A DNA stretch of 61,477 bases from an uncultured Enterobacteriaceae bacterium (GTDB lineage: Bacteria; Desulfobacterota; Binatia; Bin18), in NCBI GenBank assembly GCA_964639795.1, contig CAZXFE010000001.1, forward strand, positions 1 through 61,477, in the 5' to 3' direction. The translations under genes and the position numbers were made by a program. How positions within the stretch are numbered: the stretch's first letter is position 1; each line of letters opens with the position of its first letter. Below are positions 1 to 9,533 of this stretch, piece after piece. The notes beneath the pieces are model-generated. The model was not told the origin of the DNA and did no database searches. It saw nothing but the letters and a program-made list of their open reading frames with translations.

Positions 1-79
1 CTACAATGCAGGCGGGCCAGAATGCCTCACTCAAAAAACATTCGGTCACACACAGGAGGAGGGCGGTTTTACGAAGCGC

Positions 80-766
80 TTATTGTAGATCGAGGCTAGA
101 AGATTTTTCTAAAGCCACTTTGCCTTTCCGCACGAAATCCTGGCCAACAATGCCGGACGAAACAATGAACTTGAAGGCTTCTTCTACTGTGTAGTCAACT
201 TCAACCACCTCTTCGGGCGGAACCATGACGAGAAATCCCGACGTTGGATTCGGTGTGGTTGGAACAAATACTGAAAGAATCTGTGGGACAGATACGAGAC
301 CCAACGCATCGTCTCGTTCCGCCGCAACCAGGCCCATCACCCACATGCCTTTGCGCGGATACTGAAGCAAGACCACTCGCTGAAAGCTGCTGGACGGACC
401 TTGGAAGGTTTCTACCATTTGTTTGACCGCACTATACACGCTGCTGATCAGTGGCAAGCGCAGAATCATAATGTTGACCGCCTCAAGTACCTGCCGCCCG
501 ATAAAATTCGTTCCAACCAAGCCCAAAAGGAAGATAATGGCCAGTGCCAGGAAGATATTCACGAATGGCGTGATCGGCTCAAGCCACCAAAAACGCTCCA
601 GTCCGAGCGACCCAAACAGCGCTTTCATGACCGGCGCACCAGCGCCGCTCAGCAAGTCAAACAGAAAGGACACCAGCAGATACGTAGCGACCAGCGGGAT
701 AAGAATGAGGAGTCCAGTAAGCAATGTGTTGCGCAAGAAACGCGATTTCGTCCTTTTTCGCTTCAA
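80..766 (-). CDS. DUF502-family integral membrane protein
   Basis: 228-aa ORF. Basic N-terminus, then TM helices (LLTGLLILIPLVATYLLVSFLF, PFVNIFLALAIIFLLGLVG) and a soluble C-terminal part, as in DUF502 proteins. Confidence 0.75.
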   Translation of the reverse strand: MKRKRTKSRFLRNTLLTGLLILIPLVATYLLVSFLFDLLSGAGAPVMKALFGSLGLERFWWLEPITPFVNIFLALAIIFLLGLVGTNFIGRQVLEAVNIMILRLPLISSVYSAVKQMVETFQGPSSSFQRVVLLQYPRKGMWVMGLVAAERDDALGLVSVPQILSVFVPTTPNPTSGFLVMVPPEEVVEVDYTVEEAFKFIVSSGIVGQDFVRKGKVALEKSSSLDLQ

Positions 767-874
767 AACGAAACCTCCCGAGACCTTGGTAATACAGCGA
801 TACTCATCACTGCAGATGGTAAAGCAACAGCCTAGGGTTTAGCAAGAAAAGAACCGAGTCCCGCTAGACCTAAC

Positions 875-1231
875 TTACACCTCAAGGATCTGAAGGCCGG
901 TCTGACACAGACACGCAGCGCTAAATGGCTTGGAGAATATGTGGACATCGGGGTGCTGACGCAGCTCTACCGAGGGATCGAAGAAAGCGGAGATAAGAAT
1001 TATTTTGCCGTGGGGATCGGTCTGTTTGATTTTATCAGCCAGCTCAATGCCTGACATGGATGGTATACGCACATCGGAGTTACACAGGTCATACCGTTGA
1101 CGACAGACCCGCTGATAAGCCTCCTAGCCATCTGTTTTCTGCTCGACTTGAAGCCCTTCTGCTTGGAACATCTCAGCTAGGATTTGGCAAAAGGTCACGT
1201 CATCAACAACAAATAAGATGTCTCGAATCAC
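875..1231 (-). pseudogene. CheY-like single-domain response regulator with one in-frame TAG
   Basis: GGAGG followed by a GTG start. Reads VIRDILFVVDDVTFCQILAEMFQAEGLQVEQKTDG-TAG-EAYQRV..YDLCNSDVRIPSMSGIELADKIKQ..ILISAF..FSKPF. The acidic DD pair, acceptor D, S and K are all present. TAG is at 1124-1126. Confidence 0.75.
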
Positions 1232-1320
1232 GTCTGTGAGCCTCCGGGAAAAGCACTTGCAGCAACGGACGGTTGCGAGAGAAAGGTTTGGCTGCGGAGT
1301 CGGCCCGACGGCGGCGATCT

Positions 1321-1796
1321 TTAATTTATCTTTCGCAGAAGACCGATCAAGCCGGCAACCGACTTGAAGGGACAGATATTATAGCGGCCCGGTGCCAAGT
1401 GGCGAAAAATCCTTACCAAAAGGGCGAAAACATCGTAAGGTTTGCCTGGAAAGGCCAATATCTTAGGCGTATATATTGGAGAGAGGGGCTCATGTCTCAT
1501 GTAAGTTGCGCGGCTGCTATCCTCGATCCTTGCGGCACTATCATTGCGTGCTCTGCGTGTGGGGGAGGGCTCTATACATGGTAACCCCGGCCTCAACAGC
1601 TGAGATTATCTTTGCAGAGGATTCCGTGCTTATCCGTTTGAATCACACTATCCCAGAGCGTAACGTCAGGGGTCCTTTCCTGTGTCCTCGGTGTAACCAG
1701 AATACCTGGGAGGGAAATCGAGTCCATACACTCAGGCATGGTTGGTATGATCCGTATTTTGCGGAGTAATTCAGAGAGACTATCTCGGGGCTCCAC
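1321..1796 (-). pseudogene. second receiver-domain remnant, frameshifted and degenerate
   Basis: Two overlapping minus-strand ORFs in different frames carry receiver-like pieces: IIPTMPECMDSISL resembles D-x-x-MP-x-MDG, and AFPGKPYDVFALLVRIFRHL resembles the KPF helix-5 region. Confidence 0.3.
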
Positions 1797-2606
1797 AACT
1801 GTTCATAAGCTAACCTAAATCAAACAGCATAATTAATTTGAACTACTTATATTCAATTTTATCCCCAGTTTCCCAATACAAACCACGCAGTGTAATTCAC
1901 GGCGAACCAAACCGCCTTTTGCCAAACGGTACCCGCGACTGCTTGAGACCGATGATAGGAATATGCGGCCACACGCCGGAGACAGGGTTTGATCCGCACC
2001 TAGTTATCAGCTTGTCCGCATAAGAATTCTATGGAAGTTTTCAAAAATAACACTATTGGGGATTTATACACGTGCGAAAAGGGAGGCCTTGAATGCCTAT
2101 TAACGAGAGGGGAAAGCCGCGCCTGCTTTCACTCTGGAAAACGAATTTGGCGCGAAAATTTCACTAAAAGACTTCTAGGATTCTCACACTAGGTTTGTCA
2201 GAAAACATAAGCTCAATTTTATGTTGCTCAGCGATCCAACAATGCAAGTAACGGCAAAGTCGGTGTATATGGAGAAAAGACGATGTACGGAAGGAAGACG
2301 GTAGGCGTTATTCGATCAACAGTCTGGATAGGCCCTAGCGGCAAAATAAAAAACACTGGAAACGCGTGAATAAAGCAGCCAAAGTTCATCAGGTGCTGCG
2401 CCAAGGCTGACGCCTGATGCAACCGTAGGCGGAGAACGATAGGATGACAACGAAAGAACACATAAGGCCTCTAGATAAGGCGGATCGGACGTGTGATGTG
2501 AACGTCAACGGAGAGCCGGTTGTCACCGTAGAGTTCGTTGAATCTCCACAGGGGACGATAGTCATGCTACGCTCCAAAACGGAGGGCATGGGAGGCTACC
2601 AGGACA

Positions 2607-5600
2607 ATGCAGACTAGTGTTGATCATAGAACGCTTTTCCACCCTCTGGTCGCAGAGTGGTTTTCCTCCGAGTTCGCGCGTCCAACGGCGGTTCAGGAAC
2701 AGGGTTGGACATCAATCTATGCGGGTAAGGACACGCTGCTTGCCGCGCCCACCGGGTCGGGCAAGACACTTGCCGCGTTTCTTTGTGCGATAGACAAACT
2801 GACCAGAGCGGCGATCGCGAAGCGCCTAGAAGACCACACCTATGTGATCTACGTCTCACCACTGAAGGCCTTAGGGAATGACATAGCCAAGAACTTGGCC
2901 TATCCGCTTTCCGGAATTCGGAAGCTCGCTGAACCGAGTCCCTATACTGTTCCACAGATCCGAAGTGCTGTGCGAACCGGGGACACGCTGACAAAGGACC
3001 GGCAACGACAGTTGAAAACCCCTCCGCATATATTGGTCACGACCCCTGAATCGCTCTATATCCTCCTCACTGCGGAAAAAAGCCGACAAATGCTCAAAGC
3101 GGCCTCGACCGTCATAATCGATGAAATCCATGCCATGGCAAACGATAAGCGCGGCTCACACCTGGCACTCACGCTGGAACGGCTCGACGCGCTGGCAGAA
3201 AACAAACTTCAACGCATCGGATTATCAGCAACTCAGAAACCTATCGAAGAAGTAGCCCGTTTGTTGGTGGGTCATGGGCGCTGCCACAGGGGCAAGCCAA
3301 CCTGTCAGATTATCGATGTCGGCCATAAACGCGAGATTGAGCTGCGTATAGAGACTCCAGAAATCGAGCTTGGGCCCATAGCATCCCATGAACAGCGGGA
3401 CGAAATGTACGAGCGTCTGGTGCGCCATGTCGAAGCACATCGTACAACGATCATATTTGCGAATACGCGCCGTCTTGTAGAACGGGTAGCGCACGCCCTA
3501 AGTGACCGGCTAGGAAAGGAGCGGGTCGTCGCACACCACGGCAGTATGTCACGCACGGCACGGCTAGCCGCAGAAGAAGGGCTCAAAGCCGGCACAATTC
3601 CCGTGGTAGTCGCCACCGCGTCCCTAGAATTGGGTATAGATGTCGGCCATGTAGACCTGGTCTGCCATCTCGGTTCCCCAAGATCTATCGCGACGCTTCT
3701 CCAGCGCGTTGGACGATCGGGACATTTCCTAGGCGCGATACCAAAAGGAATCATATTCCCTTTCACGCGGGACGATCTGATCCAAGCCGCAGCAGCGGTG
3801 CGAGCCGTGAAGCTGGGACAACTCGATACGCTGCATATTCCCGAAAACGCGCGAGATATACTCGCTCAGCAAATGGTGGCTACCGTGGCCTCGGAAGGAG
3901 AGGTCCATACAGAAACGCTCTGGACACTTGTACGGCGTGCGTATCCGTACCGCCGCCTCGAACGAAAAGACTTCGATGACATATTAGCCATGTTGTCAGA
4001 TGGCGTCTCCACAAGGCGAGGCCGGAGGTCGGCGCATCTACACTATGACCGAGTCAACGAGATAGTGCGTCCTAGACGCGGAGCGCGACTAGCGGCCATC
4101 ACGGGCGGCGGAGCTATTCCGGACACTGCTGACTATCGAGTGATTGAGGAGCCGGCTGAAACCTACATCGGTACTGTCAACGAAGACTTCGCGATTGAGA
4201 GCATGGCCGGGGACATCTTTCTTTTGGGGAACAGATCGTGGCGGATCCGCCGAGTCGAAGCAGGAAAGATACGTGTGACAGATGCACAAGGTGCACCACC
4301 GCACATTCCATTCTGGCTCGGGGAGGCTCCGGCGCGAACATTTGAGCTATCCCAAGCGGTCTCAGATCTTCGTAGCGAGATTGCCGAGCGCGTAGAGCAC
4401 CATGACTCGGCTGAAGAGTGGCTTAAAAAAGAGACGGGGATAGACCCGTTGGGTGCCGTTCAGATGATCCAGTATATCGCAGATACGGTGGCCACTCTTG
4501 GCTGCGTACCGACTGTCGATACGATTGTCGCGGAACGGTTTTTCGACGAATCCGGCGGGATGCAACTAGTTATCCACTCACCGCTTGGAGGATATATCAA
4601 TCGTGCATTTGGACTTGCTTTGCGAAAGCGATTTTGTGTGTCGTTTGATTTTGAATTACAAGCGGCGGCCACCGATGACGGGATCGTTATTTCGCTCGGG
4701 GAGCAGCACAGTTTCCCTCTGGATTCGGTATTCTCGATGATTTCTTTACGGACCGTAGAGGCAGATCTTACACAAGCGGCGCTCCAATCTCCCATGTTTA
4801 CCAGTCGGTGGCGCTGGAATATTACGCGCGCCCTAGCACTGCTGCGACACAGCGGCGGAAAACGTGTTCCCATGCCCATTCAGCGCATGCGCGCGGATGA
4901 CCTACTGGCTGCGGTGTTTCCTGCTCAGGTTGCGTGTGGAGATAACCATCTCGCCGGGCCAATCGATTTGCCGGATCATCCGCTCGTGAATGAGACGAAG
5001 GAAAACTGTCTGTATGAAGCCATGGATCTCCATGGTCTCAAAGGGCTCCTTTCGAATATACGCTCAGGGGCGGTGGCCACTGTTACCGTGGAGACCCGTG
5101 CGCCATCCCCGATGTCACATGAAATACTGAACGCCAACCCGTATGCTTTTCTTGATGATGCGCCGTTAGAAGAGCGACGTGCACGCGCAGTATCTTTGCG
5201 CAGAACCGACCCCGACCTCGCTACAGGTATGGGCGCGCTTGACCCCGCCGCGATCGATACGGTGAAAGCGCAAGCATGGCCAGAGGTGAGAACCGCTGAT
5301 GAGCTTCACGACGCACTTTTGACATTATGCGTTCTCCCAATATCCGAACTAGGTGCCTGGAAGGAGTACGTTCCCACTCTGAAAGAGGCTGGCCGCGTGT
5401 TTCACCTAAAATTGCCGGGCTGCCAGGGATTCCTGGTACCAGCTGAGAGAGTAGAACTTGTGAGGAAGGTCTATGCCGGTGCTGAAATAACGACAGGCGA
5501 ACAATTTTTGGACGCAGAGTTTCCAGACGAACCCGTGCTAGAGATCGCTCGTGGTTGGATGGAACATATTGGCCCCGCCAGCGCCAAGGAGCTTGCATTT

Positions 5601-6893
5601 AAGCTTGCCCTCACACCGGCAGCGGTAGAGTCCGTGCTGGCGCGCTTAGAATCGCTTGGGAGCGTGCTGCGGGGAACGTTTACACCCAATGCGACCGATG
5701 TCGAGTGGTGTGAAAGGGGTTTGCTGGCGCGTATTCATCGCTATACCATCAGCAAGCTACGTAAAGAGATCGAGCCGGTGTCTCCAGCGGATCTCATGCG
5801 ATTCTTGTTTAAGTGGCAGCACGTCACTCCAGGAACGCAGCTGCATGGGAAAGATGGAATACGGGAAACTATTTCTCAGTTGCAGGGGATAGAATTGCCA
5901 AGCCCAGCCTGGGAGCAGGTCGTGTTCCCTACGAGAATTGCCGAATACACCCCTGAACACCTCGAACAACTGTGTTTGTCAGGGGAAGTCATGTGGGGCC
6001 GACTGGCAGTGACTCTGGACGATACCCAGGCGAGTACGGCTCGCCATCCCAAGCAGACGCGTTCTGCTCCTCTGGCGTTTTTTCTGCGTGATCATCTAAC
6101 GGACCTTATCGAAGCACCTGCATCCGAGGAAGGCTGGGCCGCGACTCTCTCCCAACATGCCACCGAGGTTCTTAGACACCTACAAACCCACGGAGCCTCG
6201 TTTCTCACCGATATATGCCGCGTCCTAAAACGGCTTCCGGCTGAGGTCGAAGAGGCATTGTGGCAACTTGTTGCGTCAGGAGTCGTGACAGGCGACGGGA
6301 TAGCCGGATTGCGTACACTCCTCTTGCCCGCGGTAAAACGAGCCCCAAAACGCTCACGACGATCCCACCTTCGCGGCATCCATGGCAAATCGGCAGCTCG
6401 ACTTATGCCGGTTGGTCGGTGGTCCTTACTATGCCCATCGGTCGAAGATCCTGAAGTGGGAGAGGACGCCGCTGAGTTCGGCACCCATCAATTGTTGAGG
6501 CGTTACGGCATAGTTTTTCGTGATATGCTCGTTCGAGAGCGCCATGCCCCACGATGGCGTGACGCTCTTCCTGTTCTACGACGTCTTGAGGCACAAGGCC
6601 AGCTGCGAGGCGGCCGCTTTGTGTCCGGCTTCGTGGGTGAACAGTTTGCCCTTCCCGAAGCAATAGATACACTGCGAGCGGTCAGACGTAACCAAGGGGA
6701 AGATAATATCATCCTCATAAATGCATCGGATCCCTTAAATTTCGCCGGTATACTGACGCCGGGCGATCGGGTATCACCCCTCTCCGGTCAGGTTATCGCC
6801 TATCGAGACGGAGTCCCCTTGGAAGTGGGGGATCTTGGCCAGGTAAAAAGCAAGCTGCAGAATCAGCTGCTCCCCATGGTGAGCACGATGTAG
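2607..6893 (+). CDS. lhr: Lhr-type large ATP-dependent SF2 DNA helicase
   Basis: 1428-aa ORF with motif I AAPTGSGKT, motif II DEIH, and the long Lhr-specific C-terminal region. Ends in TAG. Confidence 0.95.
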   Translation: MQTSVDHRTLFHPLVAEWFSSEFARPTAVQEQGWTSIYAGKDTLLAAPTGSGKTLAAFLCAIDKLTRAAIAKRLEDHTYVIYVSPLKALGNDIAKNLAYPLSGIRKLAEPSPYTVPQIRSAVRTGDTLTKDRQRQLKTPPHILVTTPESLYILLTAEKSRQMLKAASTVIIDEIHAMANDKRGSHLALTLERLDALAENKLQRIGLSATQKPIEEVARLLVGHGRCHRGKPTCQIIDVGHKREIELRIETPEIELGPIASHEQRDEMYERLVRHVEAHRTTIIFANTRRLVERVAHALSDRLGKERVVAHHGSMSRTARLAAEEGLKAGTIPVVVATASLELGIDVGHVDLVCHLGSPRSIATLLQRVGRSGHFLGAIPKGIIFPFTRDDLIQAAAAVRAVKLGQLDTLHIPENARDILAQQMVATVASEGEVHTETLWTLVRRAYPYRRLERKDFDDILAMLSDGVSTRRGRRSAHLHYDRVNEIVRPRRGARLAAITGGGAIPDTADYRVIEEPAETYIGTVNEDFAIESMAGDIFLLGNRSWRIRRVEAGKIRVTDAQGAPPHIPFWLGEAPARTFELSQAVSDLRSEIAERVEHHDSAEEWLKKETGIDPLGAVQMIQYIADTVATLGCVPTVDTIVAERFFDESGGMQLVIHSPLGGYINRAFGLALRKRFCVSFDFELQAAATDDGIVISLGEQHSFPLDSVFSMISLRTVEADLTQAALQSPMFTSRWRWNITRALALLRHSGGKRVPMPIQRMRADDLLAAVFPAQVACGDNHLAGPIDLPDHPLVNETKENCLYEAMDLHGLKGLLSNIRSGAVATVTVETRAPSPMSHEILNANPYAFLDDAPLEERRARAVSLRRTDPDLATGMGALDPAAIDTVKAQAWPEVRTADELHDALLTLCVLPISELGAWKEYVPTLKEAGRVFHLKLPGCQGFLVPAERVELVRKVYAGAEITTGEQFLDAEFPDEPVLEIARGWMEHIGPASAKELAFKLALTPAAVESVLARLESLGSVLRGTFTPNATDVEWCERGLLARIHRYTISKLRKEIEPVSPADLMRFLFKWQHVTPGTQLHGKDGIRETISQLQGIELPSPAWEQVVFPTRIAEYTPEHLEQLCLSGEVMWGRLAVTLDDTQASTARHPKQTRSAPLAFFLRDHLTDLIEAPASEEGWAATLSQHATEVLRHLQTHGASFLTDICRVLKRLPAEVEEALWQLVASGVVTGDGIAGLRTLLLPAVKRAPKRSRRSHLRGIHGKSAARLMPVGRWSLLCPSVEDPEVGEDAAEFGTHQLLRRYGIVFRDMLVRERHAPRWRDALPVLRRLEAQGQLRGGRFVSGFVGEQFALPEAIDTLRAVRRNQGEDNIILINASDPLNFAGILTPGDRVSPLSGQVIAYRDGVPLEVGDLGQVKSKLQNQLLPMVSTM

Positions 6894-6920
6894 TTGCCAA
6901 TTCTTCCTTTGGAGGATCTT

Positions 6921-7043
6921 ATGAGCCGTGACAAGGAAATACGAAAAGATCTCGACCGTCATTGGGAAGAGTTTTTGGAGATCATGAAAGAATTTGCGCG
7001 GCAGAACATCCTTATAGACAGATCCAAACACCGAAAACAATAA
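6921..7043 (+). CDS. 40-aa small ORF, member A of a repeated family (MSRDKEIRKDLDRHWEEF...)
   Basis: GGAGGA lies 4 nt upstream of the ATG. The N-terminal 18 aa recur at 13595 (+) and 35648 (-), with divergent codons but a conserved peptide. Confidence 0.35.
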   Translation: MSRDKEIRKDLDRHWEEFLEIMKEFARQNILIDRSKHRKQ

Positions 7044-7695
7044 TCTAGATTGGGTGTATCCGCTTCTTTGTCCTGTTAATAAACTATCTTAAATTAAATA
7101 ATCTCAATAGTTTACGTAGTAATTGGACCCTTCCTTGTCCTCTAGTTTGGCCGTTTCTAGGCTCCTTGGTCCAAGCACGTAAAAGGTCCTCAGTGCCAAG
7201 GGTCGCTTTTTACGACTGTCAACATACGAAGAATCGATATCCATGTGTTTTTGTTTGTTGAATTATAGTCTCCCATTTCCCATCAATACCTTGTAGCGGG
7301 ATTTACATAAAATAGAATATTCTTATACTTTACTGTCAACCTTTAATATTAAAGAGAAAATGTAGCTGACGTATGTGGGATTTATTTTTGTGTAGCGATA
7401 GATCTGTTATATTGTCTATACAATACTCCGGCAGCTAGGGTATTTTTCGCTCAGGTAATTGCGCAGTCTGAAACGTTTTAGGAAAACACGCCGTGCACGG
7501 CGAGATGTCAGGATAACCATCGGCACGTGCGTGTTAGGAGTTGTTGTACGCCTGCCAGTTGTGGGCTCCCCTTTTTCAAGTAACGTGTCCGCAGTCTCTG
7601 CAATGAAAGGGACGCTTTCCCCTGTGCCGCGTGCATACGACACAGACTGGTGTTGGCGGATGATCATAGGCATTATTAGAGTGCCTAGCCCGTCC

Positions 7696-8428
7696 CTACC
7701 CAATCTGCAGGTGCGAGTTTATCCACTGTCCTACAGTCTCTGCCAACTCGTCATATACTTCCTGATCCGTTCGACCTGAACGTTTGAGTAAATGAAAAGA
7801 GTGGTCTCCACCGTCAACAATATGTAATGTAGCTAGCTTCTCCAGGCGGCGACACAGCGGTCTGATAAGGTCGAGTTCGCCAGGAGCATCTCTGATTCCC
7901 TACATGGAAAGCACCGGCACCTTCACTTCGGCGGTGTTCGCCTCGGTCGCTTGAAGGCTTGCGTGCAGAGTGAAGCGGAAAGCCGAAGAAGACGAGACCT
8001 TTGACCCGAGGAATACGGCCTTCTGCGGCGACAAGTGAGGTCATCCGCCCGCCCATGGACTTGCCCCCCGCCAGTATAGGCAGATCACCTACAGTTTTCG
8101 TAGCAATCTCAACTGCAGACCAGATCGTGTCGAGTAGCGTCGCCCGGGAGTCCGGCCTTTTTTTTACCCTTTTCCACATATGGAAACTGATATCGAAATG
8201 TGGCCACCCCTCGTATTGCAAGCAGGTCTGCCATGGTTTGCATAAACGGGTGCCGCATTCCTGCACCCGCACCGTGCCCAAAAACGAGTTATGTGTGGGC
8301 TTCTCCCATTCCGGTCTCTTGTCCTGGCGCTGCCAGACTGACTTCGAAAGAATAGTCCGCGCCTGCTTGTACGCTGTAAATCGTCCGCGTAGCCCTGAGT
8401 GCGTTATAGTCTTACGAATTGCAGACAA
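7696..8428 (-). pseudogene. alpha/beta hydrolase (dienelactone hydrolase / KANL3-Tex30-like) with two frameshifts and one TAG
   Basis: Pieces in two frames: FGHGAGAGMRHPFMQTMADLLAIRGVATFRYQFPY.EKGKK / RPDSRATLLDTIW..LAGGKSMGGRMTS..FFGFPLH / VKVPVLSM-TAG-GIRDAPG..IVDGGDHSFH. The frameshifts are at an A8 run (8158-8165) and a 5-nt run (8280-8284). TAG is at 7900-7902. Confidence 0.7.
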
Positions 8429-8434
8429 GACATA

Positions 8435-8638
8435 TTAGGCCCCGATATACGGTGGCGTACATGCAAAATCAGATTCCCTGATCATGGCTTTCGCAAAGTG
8501 ATAATACCCTTTGTCCTTGACGCCAAGATACGTACCGGTGTGGACGACGAAATTTGAGAGTTTTAACTCCGCGTGTTTGCGCCAGACGGTGAACGCTGGT
8601 GAGGGTGTCGGAAAAGGGGATCGGCGTGCTGCTGGCAT
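8435..8638 (-). CDS. hypothetical 67-aa protein
   Basis: ORF only, immediately upstream of the hydrolase pseudogene on the same strand. No family recognised. Confidence 0.25.
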   Translation of the reverse strand: MPAARRSPFPTPSPAFTVWRKHAELKLSNFVVHTGTYLGVKDKGYYHFAKAMIRESDFACTPPYIGA

Positions 8639-9031
8639 AGTGGCCTATTCCTTGGTAGATTAAATCATACGATACGATACGATGAACGTAGCGGGGATCT
8701 GCAGGCTAAGGAGGAGAGTCCACAGATCCCCGACGGGTCACCGTGACCGTGCGGGGCCAGTGTATAGAAAATTGAGGAACTCTCGTCGCTTACAGTAATG
8801 CCTCATTGGATGCCAGCACGAGCGAGCCACGGGAAGATTAGAGTCGGGAAGCATTGTCACTTATCCGAAGACCCGCTACTTTTCGTGTACGGCGATGCAC
8901 TGAACGCTATTTCATGCTCATCATCTAGCTGCTTGGCCACTGCTCGCCTCAGCCAGCTCCTGGAGAGCCGTATAGACGTCCTGATTACCAAACTGCCACA
9001 TCCAATTGTTAGCTCACGGATCGGGAAATTC

Positions 9032-9415
9032 ATGCGCATCTCAATCGTTATCATTCTCGTACTGCTCTCCTTTGCAATCCAGGCCCACGCCCTAGTGCTG
9101 TGTACAAACACAAAAGCGGCGGGTCCTCTGCTACCGCAGGAGGCATGTAATGACAAGGAAGTCATGATCGATCCGGCTGATATAGGGCTCGATGGGAATT
9201 TAGTCCTGTATGATTCACACGGAGCTCAGGTAGGTACGGTCCAAGGCTTTGGTGGCTGGGGTACAACCGACAATCAAGCTCTTGTAGCCTTCGAGGCGAA
9301 GGGACAGATCTTTTTTGCTGTATTCGCCCGGTCTACCTCTGATCATGCCCTGGGCCTCTGTCTTTCGAAGAACCGGTTCTGTTGGAAATATGATGCGTTA
9401 CCGAACAAACCATGA
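9032..9415 (+). CDS. hypothetical secreted protein (127 aa)
   Basis: Internal ATG of track ORF 8798..9415, followed by a signal-peptide-like MRISIVIILVLLSFAIQAHA. No family recognised. Confidence 0.45.
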   Translation: MRISIVIILVLLSFAIQAHALVLCTNTKAAGPLLPQEACNDKEVMIDPADIGLDGNLVLYDSHGAQVGTVQGFGGWGTTDNQALVAFEAKGQIFFAVFARSTSDHALGLCLSKNRFCWKYDALPNKP

Positions 9416-9533
9416 ATTGTTAAGAAACATCATAGAGTATGAGCCGCCACGAAATCCGTGGAAATGACAGGTGAGCGCTAGGGGCGTCCGTTCTAGATCT
9501 CGACTTGTATGGTGCCAAGACATTGCCCTTGTA

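Noticed and set aside
6891-7043. Read-through extension of Lhr into the in-frame small ORF.
   Set aside because: The small ORF has its own Shine-Dalgarno and ATG. Its peptide recurs independently of lhr at two other loci, and the linker (LPILPLEDL) is unremarkable.
7044-7420. A replication origin in the AT-rich patch. I also noted a single perfect DnaA box, TTATCCACA, at 35706-35714.
   Set aside because: There is no cluster of DnaA boxes in the AT-rich patch, no dnaA or dnaN nearby, and the isolated box lies in degenerate DNA.
8158-8165. Programmed ribosomal frameshifting at the A8 run of the hydrolase, or at the rnhA junction.
   Set aside because: The hydrolase has two further independent lesions. 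The rnhA junction has no slippery heptamer or downstream structure. Neither family is known to use recoding.
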